A DNA stretch of 64,000 bases, taken from NCBI GenBank assembly GCA_022843305.1, contig JALHNX010000003.1, positions 4,272-68,271 on the forward strand. The letters are read 5' to 3'. The position numbers were made by a program, and so were the translations under genes. Source of the stretch: Pyrinomonadaceae bacterium (GTDB lineage: Bacteria; Acidobacteriota; Blastocatellia; Pyrinomonadales; Pyrinomonadaceae). The notes below the pieces were generated by a model, which saw only the letters and a list, made by a program, of their open reading frames with translations, was not told where the DNA came from and did not search any database. Shown here piece by piece: positions 51,553 through 62,227 of the stretch (the first letter of the stretch is position 1; the number at the start of each line of letters is the position of its first letter).

Positions 51553-52197
51553 TTAATTTTCGTTGAGGCTGTTTTGCTGAATTGCGGGGTTTTCGCCGTT
51601 GCTGTTCTTTTCAGGTTGGACGGTTTCGACCGGTTGATTATTCTGAACCGCCGGATTTTGAAATGCCGAACTCGGAAGCGGCTTAAGCGATGATTCTTTA
51701 TTCCCGCGTTTCATATAATTCATCTTCTTCCCATAATTCGGCGCGGCGGGCAATTGAGCGATTCTGGTAATTTCATCGGCTGAAGCCGTTAGTGCCTTAT
51801 CGTTTAATTCCGCAACCACTTTCGTTTTCCCGCCGCGAGCATAAACTGCCGCTTCCGTTTTTCCGTCAACCGAAGTTCGCAGGATAATAAGGCGTAACCG
51901 CGGATGTCCGGGAAAATAACGGGTTTCGGTCTTATTACCGAAACCGTCAATCAATGTTTCGACTTCCGATTTATCCTCCAAAATTCTTTTTGCCGGTTGA
52001 GTGGTTTCCTGCGTGGTCGGGATTTGTTTGCTTTCGTCGCGCAAATCGGAGTGGGTGATAATAACTTCGTTGCCTGAATCGCTTGAACTGCTTTCAATTA
52101 CGACTTCTTCCGCATTTTTGCTTTCCACGCCGGAACAGGCGGAAAATGCCGCGGCACAGACGGCAAACAAAAGTATTTTAATGAGCTTGAGATTCAT
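51553..52197 (-). CDS. Lipoprotein, hypothetical
   Basis: Lipobox LFAVCAAAFSAC-SG. No family recognised. Confidence 0.65.
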   Translation of the reverse strand: MNLKLIKILLFAVCAAAFSACSGVESKNAEEVVIESSSSDSGNEVIITHSDLRDESKQIPTTQETTQPAKRILEDKSEVETLIDGFGNKTETRYFPGHPRLRLIILRTSVDGKTEAAVYARGGKTKVVAELNDKALTASADEITRIAQLPAAPNYGKKMNYMKRGNKESSLKPLPSSAFQNPAVQNNQPVETVQPEKNSNGENPAIQQNSLNEN

Positions 52198-52290
52198 ATT
52201 GAACTTTTAAAAAGGTATTTGAACGTAAGACTTCAAAAACGAGACATTGCCGATTAATCAAAACCGGCAACGTCTTTTGAAATGCATAAT

Positions 52291-53973
52291 TTATTTTTCG
52301 GCAACGCCGAGAACAAAATTACTGACCGCGGTCATTCCGTTAGCGACACTGCTCGAGTTGTAAATGATTTCGGAAGTGCCGCCACCGGAAATATCATATT
52401 TCGGCGCGAGAAATCCTGCCGCCAGATTGTTTGGATTATACGGCGCAATGACCGTATTGCCCTGCAGAATACCGTTGCCGCCGCCTTTGCGGTCAAGTCC
52501 TGCCGCGCCGGTAACGATAATTAACCCGTTAAAATCAACTCCGCCGCGCAGAGTCAGTTTTCCCGTAACGATCAGTATTCCGCCGCCGCTGCCCGAAAAG
52601 CTGGCATCACCATCAACAAAAGTTATCCCCGTCGCGTTGGCGTTGTTTCCCCAATTGGAAGGTGCTTGTCCGCTCGGGAAATAACGACCTGAGGCTTTGG
52701 CGACCGTCTTCAGCGATTCAATCGTCATATTGAGATTAGTCGCCGATTCAAGCCAAAAAGGTATTTCGGCGGCAACGTTCGCGGGCGGTCCGAAAATATC
52801 CGCCTTCCGGCTTCGCCCGTCGAGCATATCAAAAACCGAAGTCAGATTGTCGTCATTATCCGTGCCGATTGAGGGAATAACAACGTTTGAATGAACATCG
52901 TCGCCCGAATAAGTAACGTTCTGCGATGATCCGGCATTAAACACAAAACCGTCTTTTTTGCCGATCAGCGTCAAGGTCGCCGGCGCGGATAATCCGTTAA
53001 AGAAATTTTTCTGGACGGTGGCTTCGAGAACTTTTTTCGCGCCGCGCGGTCCGTAGCCGGTAGCGCGAACGACTACCCGATACGGCTCGGCTTGCGTCAG
53101 GTTTGCAGAAATAGTTCCGTCTGAACCCCGGCTAATTTTCATCGGATTGCTGCCCAGAGTTATCCTACTGCCCATTAATTGATAAACCGGCGAATCGAAA
53201 TCAAACTGAATCTGGGCTGACGTGGAATAGCTTCCGTATTTTATCCAACCGCGAATTTCCTTCGTCGCCGTATAAGGCGCAATCATCTTGACTGTAATCT
53301 TAAATCGGATGTCTTCCGTAATATTTATCGTTCCGTTACCCGATGTAACGGAAAATCTGCCGAAGTTACTATTTGCCGAACCGCTCGAAACATCCAAATT
53401 ATTAACCGGATTTGTCGCCGGCGGATTGTAAGTAACGGTTGCCGTGTTTGGAGCAGTGCCGATTGTAATAGAATTTCTCCATTGAGACGGCGTAACACTA
53501 CCATCGTAGAATACCCCGCCGGTTGTGGGAATTTGAAAGGAAATAATTTCCCCGGTATTATCCGGATCGGTAACTTCAACCGCGAAGGCATAACCCGATT
53601 TCGGCTGGTATCCTGAATTTAATGTAATTCGATCAGCCCTTGGCGCACCGCTTGGCGTGTAATTATAATTCATCCAACGCGAAAGCCGCGCGACCGGTGT
53701 TGTATCGCCGTCGGCATTTGAAGTTGAAAGTGTAACCGCTTTACGAAAATTTGTCTGATTAGCAGGATCGCGCAAAACATTAATTGCCGATTGAATTCCG
53801 CTTTCCGCCGCGTTATAGGCTTGCAATTCGGCGGTGGCATCGGTAACGTTTGCCGTGTTCATCGTAACCTCTAACAAAAGTCCGCCGACTGCCGCCAAAA
53901 GCAGCAGCGTTATCATTACGACCATAACCAGTGCCGCGCCTTTTTCGCCTTTCCGATTTTTTTCTTTCCGCAT
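52291..53973 (-). CDS. PilX-like type IV pilus minor component
   Basis: N-terminus KGAALVMVVMITLLLLAAVGGLLLEV is PilX_N-like. It is last in a fimT-pilV-pilW-pilX ordered operon. Confidence 0.6.
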   Translation of the reverse strand: MRKEKNRKGEKGAALVMVVMITLLLLAAVGGLLLEVTMNTANVTDATAELQAYNAAESGIQSAINVLRDPANQTNFRKAVTLSTSNADGDTTPVARLSRWMNYNYTPSGAPRADRITLNSGYQPKSGYAFAVEVTDPDNTGEIISFQIPTTGGVFYDGSVTPSQWRNSITIGTAPNTATVTYNPPATNPVNNLDVSSGSANSNFGRFSVTSGNGTINITEDIRFKITVKMIAPYTATKEIRGWIKYGSYSTSAQIQFDFDSPVYQLMGSRITLGSNPMKISRGSDGTISANLTQAEPYRVVVRATGYGPRGAKKVLEATVQKNFFNGLSAPATLTLIGKKDGFVFNAGSSQNVTYSGDDVHSNVVIPSIGTDNDDNLTSVFDMLDGRSRKADIFGPPANVAAEIPFWLESATNLNMTIESLKTVAKASGRYFPSGQAPSNWGNNANATGITFVDGDASFSGSGGGILIVTGKLTLRGGVDFNGLIIVTGAAGLDRKGGGNGILQGNTVIAPYNPNNLAAGFLAPKYDISGGGTSEIIYNSSSVANGMTAVSNFVLGVAEK

Positions 53974-54011
53974 AATTTTGCTCTCTTTTTTAGACTCGCT
54001 AAAATGGTTCT

Positions 54012-54632
54012 TTAATACTGATTCAACATATAGGTCGAATTACGAAGCGTTACATCCGAAGTAAAAGTAACCGTTTGATTTCTGGGTTGTCCGACAACCT
54101 CTTCAAGTCTAACCGTAACAGTAATCCTGACGCGTCCCGTGTTATTTGTCGGAGTTGTTGAAGTGGTCGGAGTCGAACTGTTGCCGACATAGTCGAAATA
54201 TGAAAAAGTTACGTTACTGATGCGATTAACGACAACCGATGTAGTCGGAGTATTATTCGGGTCGTAACGGACGATTGACTGCGTTGCCGAATCAAAAAAA
54301 TATGTAACATCTTCGCCAATGCCGTCCGTCGTGTAATCCTCGTTTTCCAAGTTTGCCCGAAAATGAATTTTCTGTGCGCCCGAATCAGCCGTGACGATTC
54401 CGTTCGTCGTCAAACCATAACCGGAATTGCTGATTTCCCGCGAAATTGCGCTTAAAGCCGCGCGCGCCGAGGTTAAGGCATCCGTCTTGCGGCTTTCGCG
54501 GGTGCGCGTTCCTAAAGCTCCCGCAAAAAGAGTTGTCGCCAATCCCATCAAAATTAAAGTAATTGACATAGCGATGATCAGCTCAATCAGCGAAAAACCT
54601 TTATCGTGTTTGGTATTACTTTCCTTTTTCAT
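54012..54632 (-). CDS. Prepilin-type minor pilin (PilW-like)
   Basis: ATG at 54632. The cleavage/methylation motif KGFSLIELIIAMSITLILMG. Confidence 0.75.
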   Translation of the reverse strand: MKKESNTKHDKGFSLIELIIAMSITLILMGLATTLFAGALGTRTRESRKTDALTSARAALSAISREISNSGYGLTTNGIVTADSGAQKIHFRANLENEDYTTDGIGEDVTYFFDSATQSIVRYDPNNTPTTSVVVNRISNVTFSYFDYVGNSSTPTTSTTPTNNTGRVRITVTVRLEEVVGQPRNQTVTFTSDVTLRNSTYMLNQY

Positions 54633-54646
54633 CTTTAAAGTCCTTT

Positions 54647-55162
54647 TTAGTTGCCCCTGACGCGCCGCAAAACAACCGTCGCCGGAACGGATGTCTGCCA
54701 ACCCGGAGTCGGTCTTTCCAAACTGACGGTTACGCTGATTTGCTTAAACTTTGTCGCCGAATTAATTTGCACGCCTGCCGTAAACGGATCGTCGTCAATT
54801 ATTACATCAATGCGATAAGGATTATTATCCTGCCCGTTCACTATGTCCGGGGATTTTGTCCCGCCGGTTAAAGCCGAATCGGTTGCCGTCGGAACGAATT
54901 TCGCGCTTCGCAGTTGTTCGACCTTTTGCTGCAGAAGAGCTAACGCCTGCGCACGCGAAGTATTGCCGGAGTTGTAGCTAACGGCATATGTGAATGAAAT
55001 AAAGACTCCGAGAACGGCGATTAGAAAAACCACCATTGCAATCGTAACTTCAACCAAAGAAAATCCGCCTTGAACGGATTTTTTCTTTTTGCAAGGCGCT
55101 GAAAATAGAAAGTGTTCAGACTTTTTTGCAGTGTTTCGATAATTTTTGAGATTCAAATTCAT
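54647..55162 (-). CDS. Prepilin-type minor pilin (PilV-like)
   Basis: QGGFSLVEVTIAMVVFLIAVLG N-terminal methylation motif. Confidence 0.75.
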   Translation of the reverse strand: MNLNLKNYRNTAKKSEHFLFSAPCKKKKSVQGGFSLVEVTIAMVVFLIAVLGVFISFTYAVSYNSGNTSRAQALALLQQKVEQLRSAKFVPTATDSALTGGTKSPDIVNGQDNNPYRIDVIIDDDPFTAGVQINSATKFKQISVTVSLERPTPGWQTSVPATVVLRRVRGN

Positions 55163-55204
55163 TTTTTATGCTGAAAATCTTAGCCGCCTATTTTATCGGT
55201 TTTC

Positions 55205-56116
55205 TTACTGGCATTTCTTATTTGGTCTAACCGTCATCGGTAATTTACAAGTGCATCCGGTTTGATCCGGTCTTTGACCGCTCGTGCAGTAAACAACATT
55301 CGGTGTCGGCGTTGGCGTTGCAGTCGGTGTCGGTGTTGCGGTTGGTGTCGGTGTCGGTGTCGAAGATGGAGTTGCAGTCGGTGTCGGTGTTGCGGTCGGT
55401 GTCGGCGTTGCGGTCGGTGTTACCGTTGCGGTCGGAACCGGATACGGTGTCGGCGTTCCGGTCGGAATCGGCAACGGAGCATCGTCCTCTCGAACGACTA
55501 TCCAACTATTTATGCCTGTCTCGGCTCCGACAGTTGTAACGGTCGGATTTTCAAATGTCGGCAAGGTTTCGCCGCCACTGAGCATTGCCACAGTTCCGGT
55601 CGAAGAAAGCGAGATTATATTGGAATTAGCCACAGTTGCCGTTTCAAGCGTACAGTCGGCACCTTCACAAAAAGTAAAGACCGGCTCAATTGACTCACCG
55701 ATTCCGTTAATTGTCGTGGTATTTCCGAAACGGTCGAATCTTATAGTTACCGGAAAAACAAGATTTGCGCCGAGAATTTTTATGTTGCCCCGGCTGGATA
55801 AACCGATGGTGCGCTCTTCCGAAGTTTCAAGTGCACCGTTTTGGTTTAAATCAAGCAAAACTTTATAAGCGGTCGCGCTCGTTATCGTAATTCGCGTCAT
55901 ATCCGTCAGATTCACTGCACGTCTTTTTACCGCATCAAATCTCGCACGTTCCAAATTTATCTTAAATTCACGGGCAAGAGTTTGCCTTTCCATACTAGTC
56001 TGGGCATTGGTCATTTTCGTAACCGCCATTGCCACAAGTATGCCGCCGACGGCTAAAACCAGTAACATTTCAATTAAAGATTTTCCACTTTGAGTGTTAA
56101 ATTCATTTTTTTTCAT
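55205..56116 (-). CDS. Prepilin-type protein (FimT/GspH-like) with a Thr/Pro-rich linker and a Cys-containing C-terminal module
   Basis: ATG at 56116. [30 protein letters not shown] repeat block precedes [30 protein letters not shown]. Confidence 0.7.
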   Translation of the reverse strand: MKKNEFNTQSGKSLIEMLLVLAVGGILVAMAVTKMTNAQTSMERQTLAREFKINLERARFDAVKRRAVNLTDMTRITITSATAYKVLLDLNQNGALETSEERTIGLSSRGNIKILGANLVFPVTIRFDRFGNTTTINGIGESIEPVFTFCEGADCTLETATVANSNIISLSSTGTVAMLSGGETLPTFENPTVTTVGAETGINSWIVVREDDAPLPIPTGTPTPYPVPTATVTPTATPTPTATPTPTATPSSTPTPTPTATPTPTATPTPTPNVVYCTSGQRPDQTGCTCKLPMTVRPNKKCQ

Positions 56117-56319
56117 TAACTTTCGGTCTCCCAAAGGCAGTCGTTTCAGGTTAAATGGTCGGTACTACGCCATCTAATGTTTTAGCAGATGTGTTTGAGT
56201 TTGTCAAAGATTTTTTAATAATGTTTAACATACTGGAAAAAAAGAAGTTAAATCGTTCATTTTGATTTAACAATCGGTCAAAATGAATGATATAACTTCT
56301 CTTTTCGCAGGCTGAATTT

Positions 56320-57720
56320 CTATTTAGACAATCGTTCCTGCAAATATTTCTTTAATTCAGAGATACTCACTCTTTCCTGCGCCCAAGTGTCGCGGTCGCG
56401 GACTGTGACGGCGTTATCTTCGAGCGATTCGTGGTCAACCGTGACGCAGAAAGGCGTGCCGATTTCGTCCTGTCGGGCATAGAGTTTGCCGATGCCGCCC
56501 GTATCGTCGTAAACGGTGCGCATCGCCGGCAGTAAATCCTTTTTAAGCTGTTTTGCCAGTGCGACGATTTCGGGTTTGTTTTTCGCTAAAGGCAAAACGG
56601 CGACTTTGATTGGCGCGAGTTCGGGTTTTAATTTCAAAATCACGCGGACTTCGCCTTTTTCGTTTGTTTTTTCGGTGTAAGCGTCCATCAAAACCGCCAA
56701 TATAGTGCGGTTGACACCGGCGGCGGGTTCGATCACGTAAGGGTAAAAACGCTCGTTTGTCGCCGGATCGAAATACGATAGATCGTCGGTCGAATCGGAA
56801 TTGAGACGTTTGCCTTCGCGGTCTTCGGGTTTCTTTGAATGTGTTCTGAGATCAAAATCCGTGCGGTTGGCTATTCCCATCAATTCGTCGAATTGTTTGT
56901 CCTCGTCATCGCGTTCGGGAAAATAGCGGTAAAGAATGTCAACTGTTCGCTGCGCGTAATGCGCGAGTTCTTCGGGCGATTGCTCATAAAGTTTGAGATT
57001 TTCGCGCGAAATTCCTAAACTGTCGAACCATTCGAGAAAACCGTCAATAAATTCCTGATGAATACGCGGCGCGTCTTCCGGTCGGCAGAAATATTCCATT
57101 TCCATCTGCTCGAATTCGCGCGTGCGAAAAATGAAATTTCCGGGCGTAACTTCGTTGCGGAAGGCTTTGCCGATCTGCGCGATGCCAAACGGCAATTTGC
57201 GGCGCGAAGTGTTCAAAACATTCCCGAAATTGATAAAAATCCCCTGCGCCGTTTCAGGTCTGAGATATGCCAACGCCGATTCGTCTTCGTCGCTTGAAAC
57301 CGCGCCGACCGTCGTGCGGAACATTAAATTAAACTCACGCGGTTCGGTCAGATCGCATTCCTTGCCGCTTCCGGCGTGATGCGCATTATCCTTCGGACAA
57401 TTCACGTCCTGCAGTTTATCAAGGCGGAATCTGCCTTTGCACGTTCGGCAATCAACCAAAGGGTCGCTGAACGTTGCTTCGTGACCGCTGTATTTCCAGA
57501 CCAGACGGTTTTGGATGATCGAAGAATCCAAGCCTTCGATGTCGTCGCGTTCGTGAACCAGCCAACGCCACCAGCTTTGCTTGATGTTATTCGCCAATTC
57601 GACTCCGAGCGAGCCGTAATCCCAACTGCTTCCCAATCCGCCGTAAATTTCCGACGCGGGAAAAACAAAGCCCCGACGTTTTGCAAGGCTGACGATCGTT
57701 TCAATATTCGGTGCTGACAT
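56320..57720 (-). CDS. glyQS: Glycine--tRNA ligase (single-chain class II)
   Basis: [44 protein letters not shown] and an anticodon-binding C-terminus. Confidence 0.95.
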   Translation of the reverse strand: MSAPNIETIVSLAKRRGFVFPASEIYGGLGSSWDYGSLGVELANNIKQSWWRWLVHERDDIEGLDSSIIQNRLVWKYSGHEATFSDPLVDCRTCKGRFRLDKLQDVNCPKDNAHHAGSGKECDLTEPREFNLMFRTTVGAVSSDEDESALAYLRPETAQGIFINFGNVLNTSRRKLPFGIAQIGKAFRNEVTPGNFIFRTREFEQMEMEYFCRPEDAPRIHQEFIDGFLEWFDSLGISRENLKLYEQSPEELAHYAQRTVDILYRYFPERDDEDKQFDELMGIANRTDFDLRTHSKKPEDREGKRLNSDSTDDLSYFDPATNERFYPYVIEPAAGVNRTILAVLMDAYTEKTNEKGEVRVILKLKPELAPIKVAVLPLAKNKPEIVALAKQLKKDLLPAMRTVYDDTGGIGKLYARQDEIGTPFCVTVDHESLEDNAVTVRDRDTWAQERVSISELKKYLQERLSK

Positions 57721-57804
57721 AAATTATTTGCGATTTGCAATTGTGTGTTAATCGGTAAAATCAAACTTTAGATTTTACAACGGACAAGCGGCAAGGACAA
57801 CGGA

Positions 57805-57850
57805 CAAAACAAAAAAGAAAGGGAAACTCCGTCGGAATTTCCCTTTCTCT
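57805..57850 (-). terminator. Intrinsic terminator after the PEGA-domain gene
   Basis: The minus strand reads AGAAAGGGAAA-(11 nt)-TTTCCCTTTCT, then TTTTTGTTTTG. Confidence 0.75.
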
Positions 57851-57873
57851 TTAACTCTCTGCTCCCTTTCCGC

Positions 57874-58827
57874 TTATTGCGGCACAGGCAGCGGAGCGCC
57901 GGGGGGAACAAACCATATTTCGTAGCTCGTTTTCAGACGATTGCTGCTACCCTTGACGATTGATATTCGACGCGGGTCAACGCCGCGCGTTTTGACGAGA
58001 TAATCCAGCGTACGTTTGCTGAGTTTATCGTAAGTATTGCTCGTCATACTGATTCTGTCGGTGCCTTGATAAATGATGATGTAAAGCTGCGCGTCGGGAT
58101 TTCCCTGCAATTGCAGAACGCAGTTGTCGAAACGCGCTTTGTCGTCGTCAAAGGCTCTCGATTCGAAATTATCGCACTGATTTGCCGAAATTACGGGTTT
58201 TCTTTCGACTTCGGTCGGCACGGAATTTTTCTGGAAACAGGTCGCGCCGTAAACATCGTCGGTCACGTCGAGTTCGGCGGTAATGCGCTGTCCGCCCATG
58301 CCGTTCGTGTCAACCGTGATTGCCGACGTGCCGAGTCCGCTCGTGACGCGCACCGTGTCGGGCGAAACCGTCCAGCGGTAATTGAGCGGTGTCGTCGAGC
58401 CGGTAACGCTGTTAAACGCCGCAAAAGTAATCAAATCGCCTTCCAAAACTCTTTCGGGCGCACTGACCGAAACGTCATACGGGCAAGGTCGTTTGAGGGT
58501 TTCTTCGATGTATCGCAGACAGATGCAGTTTTTGCGGTCTTTGACGATTTCGACATCTTTGGTGTAAACCTTGCCGTTCGGAAATTCGATTTCGAGCTTG
58601 TGAATGCCCGGTTCGAGATAAAATTCCGCCGGCGTGTCCGTTCCGCTCATTCCTTTATAAACACCGTCAATCTTGACCGCGTAAGCGACAGGCGTGGTTT
58701 TGACGGTTAAAGTTCCCGTGTTCTTCGGTCGTTTGTTTTTATCATTACCGAATCCGAACGCCGAAGTCATTCCCAAAGTGAGCATCAGCCCGATAACAAA
58801 CAAAAAATTGTAACTGATCTTTCGCAT
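57874..58827 (-). CDS. Secreted protein with a PEGA-like N-terminal domain
   Basis: Signal FLFVIGLMLTLGMTSAFG. GTLTVKTTPVAYAVKIDGVYKG...LEPGIHKLEIEF is PEGA-like. Confidence 0.6.
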   Translation of the reverse strand: MRKISYNFLFVIGLMLTLGMTSAFGFGNDKNKRPKNTGTLTVKTTPVAYAVKIDGVYKGMSGTDTPAEFYLEPGIHKLEIEFPNGKVYTKDVEIVKDRKNCICLRYIEETLKRPCPYDVSVSAPERVLEGDLITFAAFNSVTGSTTPLNYRWTVSPDTVRVTSGLGTSAITVDTNGMGGQRITAELDVTDDVYGATCFQKNSVPTEVERKPVISANQCDNFESRAFDDDKARFDNCVLQLQGNPDAQLYIIIYQGTDRISMTSNTYDKLSKRTLDYLVKTRGVDPRRISIVKGSSNRLKTSYEIWFVPPGAPLPVPQ

Positions 58828-58900
58828 TTTTTTATCCTCTAAATTTTTGATAAAAGCGGCTTTTGTTCAAAGACCGCTTTCATCAAACAAATTCAAATCC

Positions 58901-59578
58901 TTATTCCTCGCTCTTTTCCTCGTTCTTTTTACCGAACTTGCGGCGCGCCGCCAGACCGATTCCCGCCAGTCCGGTTCCGAACAAAAGAATCGTCATCGGT
59001 TCCGGCACGGGTTCGGGCGGCGGTGTCGGTGTCGGTGTCATGGTCGGCGTCGGCGTTGTCGTCGGTGTTGGTGTCGGTGTTATGGTCGGTGTCGGCGTTG
59101 TCGTCGGTGTTGTCGTCGGTGTTGTCGTCGGTGTTGTCGTCGGTGTTGTCGTCGGCGTTGTCGGCGGCGTTGGTGTCGGCGTATTGTCCTTATCGCGTGT
59201 AATTAGAAAAACGATCGGAATCGCCGCCAAACCTAACAAAGCCCATTTCGGAAAACTGCGGGTTCTAATATCAGCATCAACACAATCGCAAACTTCGTCT
59301 TCGACAATATCGGTTTTGATTTCCGTAATCACGCGATCGTCCTGCTGCGGGGTTTTGGTTTTGGTTTCGTCGCCGTCGTCATCATTGCTGAATACGATTA
59401 AATCGTTTGCCAAACGTAAATGCGAAAACGAGCCGGTTTTCGCATTACCCGGTTTAACGTTAACGACCTGCACGACCTGATTGAATTTAACGGGCGCGGC
59501 ATTTGCCGAAAAGTTTAATATCAAAACAGACATTAAACTGAATACCGCAAGAAAAAATCTGAATTTATGGTTTTTCAT
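58901..59578 (-). CDS. PEP-CTERM sorting-domain protein with a long Thr/Pro linker
   Basis: Signal peptide. The C-terminus VPEPMTILLFGTGLAGIGLAARRKF is the PEP motif plus TM helix plus basic cluster. Confidence 0.8.
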   Translation of the reverse strand: MKNHKFRFFLAVFSLMSVLILNFSANAAPVKFNQVVQVVNVKPGNAKTGSFSHLRLANDLIVFSNDDDGDETKTKTPQQDDRVITEIKTDIVEDEVCDCVDADIRTRSFPKWALLGLAAIPIVFLITRDKDNTPTPTPPTTPTTTPTTTPTTTPTTTPTTTPTPTITPTPTPTTTPTPTMTPTPTPPPEPVPEPMTILLFGTGLAGIGLAARRKFGKKNEEKSEE

Positions 59579-59849
59579 TAGTTTTTACCTAGCCGAATTT
59601 TTATTCGTGTAAGAAAACACAGCTTTACCGGTCTTTTTCAACGCGGAGATTTTATGAATTTTCAGAATGCTTGTGGCACAGACTATACCAAAAAATCAAA
59701 TGAAATGCACCACACGTGGGGCAAATCGTCTTAATTTTTTCCTCTGAAATTTCTTTATCTCCAGCTGTTCAACTCAGAAAACGCCCAATCTCAAAACATT
59801 TCCACAATTTTTTAAGTTTTTTAAGTTTTTTTCGGAAAATCGGTTTAAA

Positions 59850-59912
59850 ACGAAAAAAGGCAAAAGCCGAAGGTGAACTTTGAGAGATTGTTCACCTTCG
59901 GCTTTTGCCTTT
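59850..59912 (-). terminator. Strong intrinsic terminator after pnp (22-bp stem)
   Basis: AAGGCAAAAGCCGAAGGTGAAC (59856-59877) pairs perfectly with GTTCACCTTCGGCTTTTGCCTT (59889-59910). On the minus strand it is followed by TTTTTTCGTTTT. Confidence 0.85.
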
Positions 59913-59930
59913 TAACTTTTTACTTTCGGC

Positions 59931-62045
59931 TTACTGCGCTTGCGCTTTTTCTTGTTGGAGAACGGCTTTGCGCGAAAGTTTTATTTTGTTGCCTTCCTTG
60001 CCGATGCACTTGACCATCACCTGCTGACCTTCTTTCAGTTCGTCGCGCACGTCGCGGATTCTCCGTTCGGAAATTTCCGAAATATGGAGAAGCCCTTCAA
60101 CACCCGGAAAGATTTCGACAAACGCGCCGAAGTCAACGATTCTCTGGACAGTTCCGAGATAGGTTTCACCGATTTCAGCTTCGGCAGTGAGTGCTCTGAT
60201 GCGGTCAATCGCCGCCTGCGCCGCTTCGCCGTCGTGTGTTGCAATCGAGATCGTGCCGTCGTCGGCGATGTCAATCTTCGCGCCCGTCTCTTCTGTAATC
60301 GCACGAATTGTGACCCCGCCTTTGCCGATAACATCACGAATTTTGTCCGGGTGAATATTGATGGTGATAATGCGCGGCGCGTAGGGCGAAATATCCTCAC
60401 GCGGTTCGGCAATCGCTTCCTTCATAATGTTGAGAATATGAAGCCGACCTTTGCGGGCTTGCTCTAATGCTTCCTGCAAAATCATCGCGTTGATGCCGCC
60501 GATTTTAATATCCATCTGCAAAGCCGTGATGCCTTCTTCGGTTCCGGTAACCTTGAAGTCCATATCGCCGTAATGGTCTTCTGCGCCCGCGATGTCCGAA
60601 AGAATCGCGTAGCGGTTGCCTTCCATCACCAAGCCCATCGCCACGCCCGCCACGGGACGTTTAATCGGCACGCCGGCATCCATCAAGGACAAACAGCCGC
60701 CGCAGACCGAAGCCATCGAACTCGAACCGTTTGACTCGGTAATATCGGAAACGATACGAATCGTGTAAGGAAATTCTGCTTCAGTCGGCAAAATTGATTC
60801 GATAGCGCGCCGCGCCAGATTTCCGTGTCCGATTTCGCGCCGCGACGAGCCGCCGACTCTGCCCGTTTCGCCGACCGAATACGGCGGGAAATTGTAATGC
60901 AGTAAAAAGCGTCGTTTGATGTCGCCTTTTTCCAGATCGTCCATAAACTGCTCGTCGTCCTTCGTGCCGAGCGTCGTCGTGACAATCGCCTGCGTTTCGC
61001 CGCGGGTGAAAAGCGATGAACCGTGTACACGCGGAAGCCAGCCGACTTCGCACGTAATCGGGCGAATTTCCGAGAATTTGCGCCCGTCGGGACGGCGGCG
61101 ATTGCCCAAAATATCTTCGCGGAAGATTTTTTCCTTCAAATACGAGAAAACTTTGCCCGCCTTCTGGCGTTTTTCCGGTTCTTCTTCGGGATAGCTTTCG
61201 ACGACTTCTTTTTTCAAAGCATCGAGTCCGGCATATGTGCTTATTTTGTCTCTGCCCGTTGAATCGAGTGCTTCACGCAATTTATCGGTGTAATTTTTTT
61301 CGATTTCAGCAACCAGCGTTTCATCAAGCGGTGCCGCAACAAATTCGCGTTTCGTGATTTCGAGCGCTTTGAAAAGCTCTTTCTGCCACAAACAAAGTCG
61401 TTTGATTTCCTTGTGCGCGAGCATCAGTGCCTCGACCATAATCTTTTCCGAAACTTCCTTCGCTTCGGATTCGACCATCACGATGGCTTCTTCCGTTCCC
61501 GCGACAACCAAATTCAACGATGAATCGCGGCGTTCGTCATAGCTCGGATTGATGATATATTTTTCGTCAACCAAACCGATGCGAACTCCGGCAATCGGAG
61601 TTTCAAACGGAATGTCCGAAAGATACATCGCGCACGATGCGCCGGTAATTGCGAAAACATCCGGATCGTTTTCGGTATCGGCGGAAATGACGGTGCAGAT
61701 GATCTGCGTTTCAAAACGGTAGCCGTCCGGAAAAAGCGGGCGCACCGGACGGTCAATTAAGCGGCAGGTTAAAGTTTCCTTTTCGCTCGGACGACCTTCA
61801 CGGCGAAAATAATTCCCCGGAATTCGTCCGGCGGAATAAGTTGATTCACGGTATTCGACCGTCAGCGGAAAGAAATCGAGTCCTTCCCTGGCATTGTGCG
61901 CACTGACGGCGGTGACTAAGATCATTGTGTCGCCGTATTGGATAATAACCGCTCCGTCAGCTTGTTTGGCGACTTTCCCTGTTTCAACCGTTAATTCCCC
62001 GTTGCCGAGTTTGATTGATTCTTTTAAGTATTTTCTATTTATCAT
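59931..62045 (-). CDS. pnp: Polyribonucleotide nucleotidyltransferase (PNPase)
   Basis: Two RNase PH domains, KH (IRDVIGKGG) and S1 (GTVQRIVDFGAFVEI). Length 704 aa. Confidence 0.97.
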   Translation of the reverse strand: MINRKYLKESIKLGNGELTVETGKVAKQADGAVIIQYGDTMILVTAVSAHNAREGLDFFPLTVEYRESTYSAGRIPGNYFRREGRPSEKETLTCRLIDRPVRPLFPDGYRFETQIICTVISADTENDPDVFAITGASCAMYLSDIPFETPIAGVRIGLVDEKYIINPSYDERRDSSLNLVVAGTEEAIVMVESEAKEVSEKIMVEALMLAHKEIKRLCLWQKELFKALEITKREFVAAPLDETLVAEIEKNYTDKLREALDSTGRDKISTYAGLDALKKEVVESYPEEEPEKRQKAGKVFSYLKEKIFREDILGNRRRPDGRKFSEIRPITCEVGWLPRVHGSSLFTRGETQAIVTTTLGTKDDEQFMDDLEKGDIKRRFLLHYNFPPYSVGETGRVGGSSRREIGHGNLARRAIESILPTEAEFPYTIRIVSDITESNGSSSMASVCGGCLSLMDAGVPIKRPVAGVAMGLVMEGNRYAILSDIAGAEDHYGDMDFKVTGTEEGITALQMDIKIGGINAMILQEALEQARKGRLHILNIMKEAIAEPREDISPYAPRIITINIHPDKIRDVIGKGGVTIRAITEETGAKIDIADDGTISIATHDGEAAQAAIDRIRALTAEAEIGETYLGTVQRIVDFGAFVEIFPGVEGLLHISEISERRIRDVRDELKEGQQVMVKCIGKEGNKIKLSRKAVLQQEKAQAQ

Positions 62046-62227
62046 CTTGTGATTTCCTCTTAAACAAAAAGCGGCAGAAAAGCTCGCCGTGATGCTTTTT
62101 CCGCCGCTTTTGAATTATTCAACGACTGTTCTCTTTTATTAAAAGCTAATTCGCTGTCACGTTCAGCAAACCTTTAATAAATTCTTCGAGAGAACCTGTT
62201 CTGACAATGACTCGAAGCCGTCAATTC

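Noticed and set aside
58847-59480. Plus-strand ORFs (119 and 205 aa) rich in Arg/Cys or Gly/Val
   Set aside because: They are antisense translations of the Thr/Pro repeat of the PEP-CTERM gene. They are low-complexity artefacts. The same applies to 55245-55693 opposite the pilin-like gene.
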